A stretch of DNA of 64,000 nt from contig OX597839.1 of assembly GCA_951406725.2 (NCBI GenBank), forward strand, positions 4,154,001 to 4,218,000, written 5' to 3'. The stretch comes from Octopus vulgaris. Its lineage: Eukaryota. Shown one piece after another: positions 40,363 through 52,404 of this stretch. The translations under genes and the position numbers were made by a program. Every line of letters starts with the position of its first letter. Position 1 is the first letter of the stretch. The notes under the pieces are model-generated. The model made no database searches. It was given only the letters and a program-made list of their open reading frames with translations, and was not told the origin of the DNA.

Positions 40363-43300
40363 GTATATGTATATATAATGTGTGTATGTGTAATATGTTT
40401 CTCTCTTTTTCTCCATGCAGGCAATATTGGGCCAAGTACTTCTCCGCTGAAGGAGTCAGGGTTGCATTTTGGTCAGCCATAGAAGAAACTAAGAAACATC
40501 AACAGGTAAGGAAATTATATTTTACTCTAATTTAGCTCGAGAATATAATTCCATGGAACATTCCAGATCACAGTCAAAAACAATTTTTATTGAAAACCGA
40601 AAACAGTGAATTGATGATGATGATGAACTTACGGGATCTGCTGCGTTTGTGTGTTTCTCACCTGTCTTCAATGATTTGTAATCAATGTCTCCCTTGCATG
40701 TTTTGCTTATTTACCTGATCAATAGACTGGGAGATTATTTACGTCATTCGGAAACAGATCGGAGTTAGCTGAGTCATGCAAGCATGGATATTTTAAAATA
40801 ATGTTGGTGGTGGTGTGGGTAGTGATGGTGGTGGTAGTGATGGTGGTGATGGTGATGATGATATCCAGCCCCATGTTTTGCTAATCAGATGAACCACACA
40901 GATTTTTGGCCACTTCCCCTACCTTCACAAAAATTACACTTGAATATCTGTTTTGTTATTTATCATCATCATCATCATCGTTTAACGTCCGTTTTCCACG
41001 CTAGCATGGGTTGGACGGTTCGACCGGGGTCTGGGAAGCCAGGGGCTGCACCAGGCTCCAGTCTGATCTGGCAGAGTTTCTACAGCTGGATGCCCTTCTA
41101 CTTATTCTGTTGTGTCTGGGGAGAGTCATTCTCTTTTAGTGCTTTATTATTTAACACACTCACCGGTAAAATTTTCACTTATTTCTTATTTTTATTTTCT
41201 AAAATTTTTGTTGTGTCTTGCAACTGGAAGTTTTACCGGTGAGTGTCATCATCATCATCATCATCATCATCATTTAGCGTCCGCTTTCCATGCTAGCATG
41301 GGTTGGACGGTTCAACTGGGGTCTGTGAAGCCAGAAGGCTGCATCAGGCCCAGTCCGATCTGGCTGTGTTTCTACGGCTGGATGCCCTTCCTAACGCCAA
41401 CCACTCCGTGAGTGTAGTGGGTGCTTTTTACGTGCCACCCGCACAGGTGCCAGATGGAGCTGGCTTTTACGTGCCACCCGCACAGGTGCCAGACGGAGCT
41501 GGCTGCCAGTGTGTTAAATAATAAGGCACTAAAAGGGAATGACTCTCCCCAGACAAAACAAAACATGCTTCAACACACAAACTCACATAAAGAATCTTGC
41601 AAGCCAAATCCAAAAACGAAATATTTATTTATTGTTTATTATTTTTTTTTCCAGATGTCCAAGACACAGGAACAAGAAAGGTCAGATATTCCTGAAGAGT
41701 TGAAAAAATTGGCAGAAAGTGTACAAGATACTGCTGCTGTTGAAGAAAATGCTGTTGCCACTCCTAACAGTTCCAAAGTTAAAGATGATGAGAAAGATGG
41801 TAATGATGCTGATAACCATGTGGGTGATTCAGTCAAAGATCTTGGCAGTTCCTCAGCAGCTGAACCTGATCAAGCTGTTGTGCCTGAATCCACGACCACT
41901 GACATCAACTCTGTAGAATTGGCCCCGGAGGGTCACAGTTCATGCCATGATATGCAGCCAAAGACAAAAAGCGGTGTTGAAGAAATGATGAGTACTCTGT
42001 GCCTCTCTCCTCCCGATTCTCAAGAAGGCAGTTCAGTTGAGAAAGACAGTGTGAATACGGACTGTGAAGGAAAAGAAAATGAAGACGACAAAGATGGTGA
42101 TGATGAGGATGAGGAAGATGGCCACCAGGTAATAACAGATGCACAGGATACAAAGACTACTGCTCCATCACAAACCTGTGCCATAGAGAACTCAGCCGAA
42201 GTGCTGGACACACACAAGCTGCTAGAATTTCTGAAATCCCTTCATGTCGGTCCAACATATCAACCAGGTGTAACAACCTTAGGAATGGTAAGTTTAAGTA
42301 AGAGTTCTTTATTGTTTTATCATTGTTGTTGTTTTACGTCTGTTTCTTGATGTCGGCATTGGTTAGATCAGTTGATCTTTTTCAACCATCCTTTATTATG
42401 GCAAGGCACTGGCACATTTTATGCGAAAAGTCAAAAGCAACTGGTATGCATTGATGGGAAATTGTAGCTGTGTGATTAGGAAACTTTCCAACCTTATGGT
42501 TTTGGGTTCAATCTCACTGCATGTCATCTTGTATAACTTTCTTCTATTCAATCATTGGGTTGACCAATGCCTTGTGAGTGATTTTGTTAGACAGAACTGA
42601 GTTCAAATTCCGCCAAGGTCGACTTTGCCTTTCATCCTTTCGGGGTCGATAAATTAGGTACCAGTTAAACACACACAACGCCCGGTCTGGGAATCGAAAC
42701 TGCGATCCTCCAACCGCGAGTCCGCTGCCCTAACCACTGGGCCATTGCGCCTCCACTTCTTGTTGCTGCTGCTTCTATTTCCCCAACATCATCATCATAT
42801 ATTCTATGTGTCTTCATCTTTCTTCAGGTTGGTTTCCCGAATGTTGGCAAAAGTTCCACCATCAACGCCATACTTCAAACTAAGAAGGTTCCAGTTTCTG
42901 CCACTCCAGGACGTACCAAACATTTTCAGGTAAAAGCCAATTACATAACTGTCATACATTGCATGGGTCTACGTCCACGTGTGAGTTAGTGTATTGCAGT
43001 TTTGTACATTTATATAACTTATATTAATATTAGGTTGTTTGGAAAATGTCCGATACTTATCTATCTATCCGCTCAGTCGAAGTTGACTCTCAGTCACTCG
43101 TTGGATCAGTGTCCTCCAGTCAGTTCTATCCTGGGCCGCTTCTTTCAGATTGGCTATGTCCATTCCGGTATCACTCTTGATGGTGTCAAGCCAGTGGTTC
43201 TTGGTCGACCTCTTCCTCTCTTGCCACTGACCATTCCGAGCATGATGTCCTTCTCCGGGGATTTTCTCCGCATAATATGACCGAAATATGCCAATCTACG

Positions 43301-46300
43301 CTTGGTGATCCTAGCTTCTATCGACATTTTCGGCCTGATCTGCTTAACCCTTTCGTTACTGTATTTATTTTGAGATGTTCTGTATTTCTTTCAATTACTT
43401 TAAATATAACAAAGAATTTAGTAAAATAACTTAGTTATCATTAAGCTTGTATCAGGAACATAAATTGTGAATAAGGTTTGGTGGAAGATTTTAATTGAAA
43501 CCTTAAGAAAACAAGACATTTGTACAACAGAGCCAGAGCCGGTTTCAGCCGGTTTGGTAACAAAAGGGTTAAGAACTTCTCCATTGGTATCACGCAAATG
43601 GCACCTTTGCCACTGGCATGTAAAAGCACCCATTACACTCTTGGAGTGGTTGGCGTTAGGAATGGCATTCTGCCATAGAAACCATGTCAAATCAGACTGG
43701 AGTCTGGTGTAGCCTTTCAGCTTGTCAGCCCTGGTCAAACCATCGAACCCATGCCAGCATGGGCAATGGAGGTTAAATGAAAATGATGAACTGATGAATG
43801 TGAGTAAATAAAAATTACATTTGGTAGAATAATCTGCATGCTAAAGGGATAAAGTGATTTCTTTTGTACCATAAACTATTTACTATTTCTATGGTGCCCC
43901 TGCTTACCCTTGATGCCATAAGCACAAACTATTTTGCTTAATGGTTAATTCAGCACTGAGTCAAATGGAAATTGTAGTTATGATACCTGTGCTGGTGGCA
44001 CGTAAAAGCATCATCACAATGTGGCCGATGCCAGCGCTGCCTTGACTGGCTTCTGTGCTGGTGGCGCATGACCTGTTGTGCTTGAGGAGACCTATTGAGT
44101 CAAGTACATCAACATCAAAATAAATATCAAATGGAAATTGTAGTTGTGATACCTGTGCCGGTGGCACGTAAAAAGCATCATTGGAATGTGGCCGATGCCA
44201 GTGGCACATAAAAAGCACCAACTGATCGTGTCCGATACCAGCCTCCCCTGGCACCTGTGCCGGTGGCACGTAAAAAGCACCCACTACACCCACGGAGTGG
44301 TTGGCGTTAGGAAGGGCATCCAGCTGTAGAAACACTGCCAGATCAGACTGGAGCCTGGTTCAGCCTCCTGGCTTCCCAGACTCCGGTCGAACCGTCTAAC
44401 CCGTGCTAGCACGGAAAACGGATGTTAAACGATGATGATGATGATGATGAGTCTAACAGTTCAAATTGAATAAAATAGACATTGTGTTTTTTTTGTTTTT
44501 TCCTTTCAGACGCTGTTTGTTGATAAAAGTGTGATGCTGTGTGATTGTCCAGGGCTTGTCTTTCCTTCATTCGTTTCAACTAAAGCTGACTTGATTATCA
44601 ATGGAATATTACCGATTGATCAGTTGCGAGATCATGTCCCACCTGTCTCTTTGGTAAGTCTCCATCTAATTCCTGTTGTTCTCTTTCTCTCTCTCTCTCT
44701 CCCTTGTTCACTTAAATATAATCACTCTTCCTTGTCTGTCGCTACGTTCTGAGTTCAAATTCTGCCGAGGTCGACTCTGCCTTTCATCCTTTCGGGATCG
44801 ATAAATAAAGTACCAGTTTTGCACTGGGGTCGATGTAATCAACTTAATTCCTTTGTCTGTCTTTGTTTGTCCCCTCTGTGTTTAGCCCCTTCTGGGCAAT
44901 AAAGAAAAATATATTCACTCTGCTGGCGGCGAGCTGGCAGAAACGCTAGCATGCCGGGCGAAATGCATAACCGTATTTCGTCTGCCGTTACGTTCTGGGT
45001 TCAAATTCCACCGAGGTCGACTTTGCTTTTCATCCTTTCGGAGTCGATAAATTAAGTACCAGTTATTCACAGGGGTTGATGTAATCAACTTAATCCGTTT
45101 GTCTGTCCTTGTTTGTTCCCTCTGTGTTTAGCCTCTTGTGGGTAGTAAATAAATAGGTATTTTGTCTGCCGTTACATTCTGAGTTCAAATTCCGCCGAGG
45201 TCGACTTTGCCTTTCATCCTTTCGGGGTCGATAAATTAAGTACCAGTTACGCACTGGAGTCGATGTAATCAACTTAATCCGTTTGTCTGTCCTTGTTTGT
45301 CCCCTCTATGTTTAGCCTCTTGTGGGTAGTAAAGAAATATATATTCACTCTTCCTATATACTTCTCTCTTTCCCCTTCTCTCTCTCTCACTATATTCCTC
45401 TCTTTCTCACACTTCTTTGCCTTGCAAGTTACTTGCAAGTGACCCTACTGGTGCCATGTATAAACCATCCAGTCCACACTGTAAAGTGGTTGGCAATTGG
45501 AAGAGCATCCAGCTGTGAAAACCATGTTAAAACTGACCTCACCTGTGCTGGTGCCATGCAAAAAGCAGTCAGTCTACTCTGCGGGATGGTTGGCATTTGG
45601 AAGAACATCCAGCTGTGAAAACCATGTTAAAACTGACCTCACCTGTGCTGGTGGCACATAAGAAGCACTCAGTCCACTCTGCAGGGTGGTTGGTGTTAGG
45701 AAGAGCATCCAGAGATAACAAGAACTGTTATCTGTTGGAGTAAAAGAACTGGCAAAAACAGGTGGCTTCAAACAGTGCAACACAATGGTCTCGACTTTGA
45801 ATGCTTGGCTTCATTTCTTGTAACTTGATGAATACAGGAAATAAGTTAGCAAAATATTGCAAAATTTTTGTCTCAACAATGATTTATGAGCAGGAACTTC
45901 AAATTCCTGTGGCTGCCAAACTAGTTTACTGGTACCTTGTGCAGTTCACTATTATTAATATACTTATATCATTTATACTAATGCACGTAAAAAGCACCCA
46001 CTACACTCTCAGAGTGGTTGGTGTTAGGAAGGTCATCCAGCTGTAGAAACTCTGCCAGATCAAGACTGGGAGCCTGGTGCAGCCATCTGGTTAACCAGCC
46101 CTCGGTCAAACCGTCCAACCCATGCTATGGCATGTAAAAGCACCCACTACACTCTCGGAGTGGATGGCGTTAGGAAGGGCATCCAGCTGTAGAAACTCTG
46201 CCAGATCAAGATTGGAGCCTGGTGCAGCCATCTGGTTTGCCAGCCCTCAGTCAAAACCGTCCAACCCATACTACGGCATGTAAAAGCACCCACTACACTC

Positions 46301-49300
46301 TCGGAGTGGTTGGTGTTAGGAAGGGCATCCAGCTGTAGAAACTCTGCCAGATCAAGACTGGGAGCCTGGTGCAGCCATCTGGTTTGCCAACCCTCAGTCA
46401 AAACCGTCCAACCCATACTACGGCATGTAAAAAGCACCCACTACACTCTCGGAGTGGTTGGTGTTAGGAAGGGCATCCAGCTGTAGAAACTTCCCCAGAT
46501 CAGATTGGAGCCTGGTGCAGCCATCTGGTTAACCAAACCTCAGTCAAACCGTCCAACCCATGTTACGGCATGTAAAAGTACCCACTACACTCTCGGAGTG
46601 GATGGCGTTAGGAAGGGCATCCAGCTGTAGAAACTCTGCCAGATCAAGATTGGTGCCTGGTGCAGCCATCTGGTTTGCCAGCCCTCAGTCAAAATCGTCC
46701 AACCCATGCTAGCATGGAAAACGGATGTTAAACGATGATGATGATGATGATGTACTGTTATTTCTGTTTTATTTAATCACTCACTCGCTTGATAGGACTG
46801 GGGTTATAACAGAACGATGGCCTCAGAGGTGTCCTCATGCGTAGTCCTGACCAGGTCCACCAGTGTCCCCCATTGTTAGCAGTCCTGTGCCAGCCCCTCT
46901 ACATTCTCCAAGATAATCTTGTTGGCTGGGGGCATGCAGGGGTCTGTTCTGATTTTGGGCAGTCTGCTTTCTTTCGGTTGTTCTAACAAGTTGAGGGGTT
47001 CTTCTTGACAGGTTGTTGGCTCTCCACGGAATAGTCAGATGATGGGGCTGCCGCCTTGTCTCTTTGTCTAATATCTATCTATCTATCTGTCTGTCTGTCA
47101 TCTATCTGTGTACCTATTTCTTTATTACCCACAAGGGGCTAAACACAGAGGGGACAAACAAGGACAGACATAAGTATTAAATCGATTACATTGACCCCAG
47201 TGCGTAACTGGTACTTAATTTATTGACCCCGAAAGGATGAAAGGCAAAGTCGACCTCGGCGGAATTTGAACTCACAACATAACGCAGACGAAATACCGCT
47301 AAGCATTTTGCCCGGCGTGCTAACGTTTCTGCCAGCTCTATCTGTGTACCTGCCCGCTTACCTGCTTCTTCATATATCCATCTATATATCTGACTGCACT
47401 CTTTCCTTTCACTTGCTTTATTTACCCATCCATCCATCTACCCACCTTCCCTTCCTCCCTTCCTGTTTACTGATACGTGACTCCCCCCACTTTGTCTTTT
47501 CTCAGGTCTGCCAGCAAATTCCCAGGACAATTCTTGAAGACATCTATGGTATTATGATACCTAAACCTGACGAATATGATGACCCAGATCGTCCACCCAC
47601 AGCCTTAGAACTTCTCAATGCTTATGGCTGTAAGTATACACCTCACTTCATTCAACAGGTTAACGCAAGGTCTGGTTCTCATGGCACCATTTCATCTCTG
47701 TTACTCCTTGTTTGCCTTTTTGTGATGTAATTGTTGGAAGGAAGGGCAGTATACTTGATCTCCGTAAGACATTCGAGGACAATGGTGCCGGGTTCAGTCC
47801 CACTGCATGGCACCTCGGGCGAGTAACTTCTACCATAACCTCGGGCCAACCAAAACTTGTGAATGGATTTGCTACACGGAAATTGAAAGAAGCCTGTCGT
47901 GTCTGTATGTATATATACATGTGTGCGCGCGCGTGTGTGTGTGTGTGTGTGTGTGTGGTTGTATTAGTCTCCCTACAATCGGTGTTGGTGTGTTTATGTC
48001 GCTGTAACTTAGCAGTTCGACAAAGTCCAATAGACTAAGTATCATGCATAATAAAAAAAAAATGTACTAGGGTTGATTCGTTCAACTAGATTTAAGGTGG
48101 TGTTCCAGCATGGCCACATGGAAAGGGACCATTTTTCGGTGAATTTCGTTAATTTTCCTCTCTGTCTGCGTGGGTTATTTCGAGTATTTTGTTTTTGTCC
48201 GGGAGTCTCTTATAGTAGAACAAATAGCTAGGGTTCTTTAGCTGCTATTTCTAAACGTCGGTATGTGGTAAAGCAAATCTTTGTTCAACCCTAATTATAA
48301 TTATACTCATAATTATAAAATATTGTTTAAGTTTACCAAAAAATGGTCCTTTTTCATGCCGAATCCTACTTGGTGGAATTATTAATTACTAGTTAATTAA
48401 TTAATTTTACCTTTTATTATTATTGATAATATTATATATATATAATGGGCGCAGTAGTGGCTGTGTGGTAAGTAGCTTGCTAACCAACCACATGGTTCCG
48501 GGTTCAGTCCCACTGCGTGGCATCTTGGGCAAGTGTCTTCTGCTATAGCCTCGGGCCGACCAATGCCTTGTGAGTGGATTTGGTAGACAGAAATTGAAAG
48601 AAGCCTGTGGTATATATGTATATATATATGTATGAGTGTGTGTGTTTGTCCCCCTGGCATTGCTTGACAACCGATGCTGGTGTGTTTACGTCCCCGTCAC
48701 TTAGCGGTTCGGCAAAAGAGACCGATAGAATAAGTACTGGGCTTCCAAAGAATAAGTCCCAGGCTTGATTTGCTCGACTAAAGGCAGTGCTCCAGCATGG
48801 CCGCAGTCAAATGACTGAAACAAGTAAAAGAGTATATATATACACACACACACATACGACAGGCTTCTTTCAGTTTCCGTCTACCAAATCTACTCAAAGC
48901 TTTGGTTGGCCTGAGGCTATAGTAGAAGACACTTGCCCAGGGTGCCATGCAGTGGGACTGAACCTGGAACCATGTAGTTCGTAAGTAAGCTACTTACCAC
49001 ACAGCCACTCCTACTCCTCACCCCGAATCTATGCGCTCATCGGAATGCTCTGGTTTTTATAGTGGCCACCACTGATTTTCTGCAAGACTTCGAGTGACTG
49101 AACGAAGGAACTAGCAGGGCCCCGACACGTGTGTCATGGTTAAAGGGACACAACTGTATAAGGGAGATAAATCCGGGCATGGGGATCGCAGTTCCGTTTC
49201 TCCTGCTCTTCTAAATTATCGCATTTGTTGTATTGTTTCTATCATTTCTGTTTTAATGTTCTTCTTCTTTCTGTCTTTCAGACATGCGTGGCTTCATGAC

Positions 49301-51112
49301 TCCAAGTAGTGTCCCAGATTGTCCAAGATCTTCTCGTTATATTCTTAAGGATTACGTCAATGTATGTATAATGAACACTGTATATACTTTTTCATTTGAC
49401 GGCCTCTGATTTTGTGTAGTTTTACTTGTTTTCTTTTTTTTTTTTTTTTATTTTCTTTATTTTTTTATTCTCTTACTTTTTTCAGTCATTTGACTGTGGC
49501 CATGCTGGATCACCGCATTGACACCAGGACTTATTTCGGATCTTTTCGGTTTGAACGGCAGTTTTTTCTAGTGGTGTCATATGAAATTGTCACCCATAAT
49601 TATGACCCTAGTATCAATCTATTGCATTTCAATCTGTTTTAGGGTTAGGGGTGGTTAGGGGTGGAGGGATGGGCATCTTTTTTTCTTCAGAAATGTAAAT
49701 AAACCCAATCTGTTTCTTAAACGAGGGACATATTCATATGGCACAGAATGTTTTCACCTCAACAGACGTCATTGATTGGTTGAAATTGCAGAAATTGAAG
49801 CAAAAAAACAACAAGTATCTTACAAACTATAGAATTTTCTGAATAAAGCCAATAGAAAAAGATGTTTTATAAACATTCTACCAGTATATGAAGTTTAAAA
49901 GCGTTTAGTTATGTGGAAATTATTTTAAAAAACTGCCGTTCAAACCGAAAAGATCCCCTATTTCTTAAGCCTAGTACTTATTCTATAAGTCTCTTTTGCC
50001 GAATTGCTAAGTTACATAATCACACCAACATTGGTTGACAAGCAGTGATAGGTGGGGACAAACATTTACACAGCGAGCTTCTTTCAGTTTCCATCTACCA
50101 AATCCACTCGTAAGACTTTAGTTGGCTCAAGGCTATAGAAGAAGACACTTGCTCGAGTTACCACACAGTGGGATTGAATTCTGAACCATGTGGTTCGGAA
50201 GCAAGCTTCTTACCACACAGCCATGCTTGCACATACACACACACACACAGACACGATGGGCTTCTTTCAGTTTCCATCTAACAAATCCACTCAAGGCTTT
50301 GGACGGCTCAAGACTGTAGTGGAAGACACTTGCCCAAGGTGCCACGCAGTGAGACTGAACCCAGAACCATGTGGTTGGGAAGCAAGCTTCTTACCACACA
50401 GCCACACCTGTACATATATGATTATTTTTTTGTCTTTTGATAACCTGTGTATCCATTATCTTTTACTTTAAATCTCCTATATTGGACTGCGGCCATGCTG
50501 TGGCACCGCCTTGAAAAGTTTTAGTCAAACAAATCACCCCAGAGTCTTTGTTATTTTTTTTCTAAACCTGGAACCCAGGTGGAGGCTTAACGTTAGATTA
50601 GAGGGGCCCAGGTCTGAGAGGGTTAAGGAACCATATAATGGCTTGCTCACTCATTATTTATGCTGTAGTCGCAGTAGTAGTTGTAGTAGTAGTCGCTGTA
50701 GTAGGTGACAGTGTAGTTTTAAGTTTTCTGTAGAAAGCTTTGCTTACTATGTCTCTGTTACTATGTCTCTTTGTACTTTTTCCAGTTTTATTATTATTAT
50801 TATTATCATTATTACTCTTTTACTCTTTTACTTGTTTCAGTCATTTGACTGCGGCCATGCTGGAGCACCGCCTTTAGTCGAGCAAATCGACCCCAGAACT
50901 TATTCTTTGTAAGCCTAGTACTTATTCTATCGGTCTCTTTTGCCGAACTGATAAGTTACGGGGACATGAACACACCAGCATCGGTTGTCAAGCAATGTTG
51001 GGAGGACAAACACACACACACAAACACACATATATATATATATACATATATACAACAGGCTTCTTTCAGTTTCCGTCTACCAAATCCACTCACAAGGCTT
51101 TGGTTGGCTCGA

Positions 51113-51145
<33 letters not shown>

Positions 51146-51764
51146 GTTTTTTTTTTTAATTTCATTAATATACCTTCTGGTATTTGACAGGGAAAGCTGT
51201 TGTACTGTCATCCCCCTCCTGGGGTCTTAGCTGAAGATTTCAGCGATGCTCTGGAGACATATTCCAAAAAAGTGAAGAAGGAAACTTCTGAAAACTCGCA
51301 GGTAAGATATGGGTAATTTGTGAAATGTGTTTAATTCAAACTTTTCTGCCACCCTGGGTATGGAGGAGAAGGAGGAGATTTGAGGCTGGGAGGGAGATGT
51401 TAACGAGAGTTGAGGTTGTGTCATTGAAGATGGTATATAGAGTTTGGGCGGTGAGCTGGGGGAATCGTTAAGACGCCGGGCGAAATGCTTAGCGGTATTT
51501 CGTCTGCCGTTACGATCTGAGTTCAAATTCCGCCGAGGTCGACTTTGCCTTTCATCCTTTCGGGGTCGATAAATTAAGTACCAGTTACACACTGGGGTTG
51601 AAGTAATCAACTTAATCCGTTTGTCTGTCCTTGTTTGTCGTCCCTGTGTTTAGGTGTTTTTGCTCAATAAACACTCACAACGCCCGGTCTGGGAATCGAA
51701 ACCGTGATTCTACAACTGCGAGTCCGCTGCCCTAACCACTGGGCCATTGCGCCTCCACACACAC

Positions 51765-51831
<67 letters not shown>

Positions 51832-52368
51832 CTCTTTACTCTTTTTCTTGTTTCAGTCATTTGACTGCGGCCATGCTGGAGCACCGCTTTTAATCGAGCA
51901 ACTCGACCCCAGTACTTATTCTTTGTCAGCCCAGTACGGGGACATAAACACACCAGCATCGGTTGTCAAGCAATGCTAGGGGGACAAACACAGACACACA
52001 AACATACACGCACACACACATATATATATATACATATATACGACGGGCTTCTTTCAGTTTCCGTCTACCAAATCCACTCACAAGGCTTTGGTCGGCCTGA
52101 GGCTATTGTAGAAGACACTTGCCCAAGGTGCCACGCAGTGGGACTGAACCCGGAACCATGTGGTTGGTAAAGAAGCTACTTACCACACAGCCACTTCTGC
52201 GCTTATATATACATATATAGATCAAGGAGCAAATGAAGATATAAACCTTGGAGGGATAAAAATATTTGTGATTAGACTGGATATAGTATTAATATTATAC
52301 AAATCGAGAGAGAAGATGAAGATAAGATTAATAAAAGTTTATTACCCTCCATCTTCCCTCTTGTTTTG

Positions 52369-52404
<36 letters not shown>

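Noticed and set aside
46790-47060. Possible coding exon on the minus strand (...GLAQDC*QWGTLVDLV...)
   Set aside because: Contains stops and resembles a decayed LINE C-terminus; too weak to annotate
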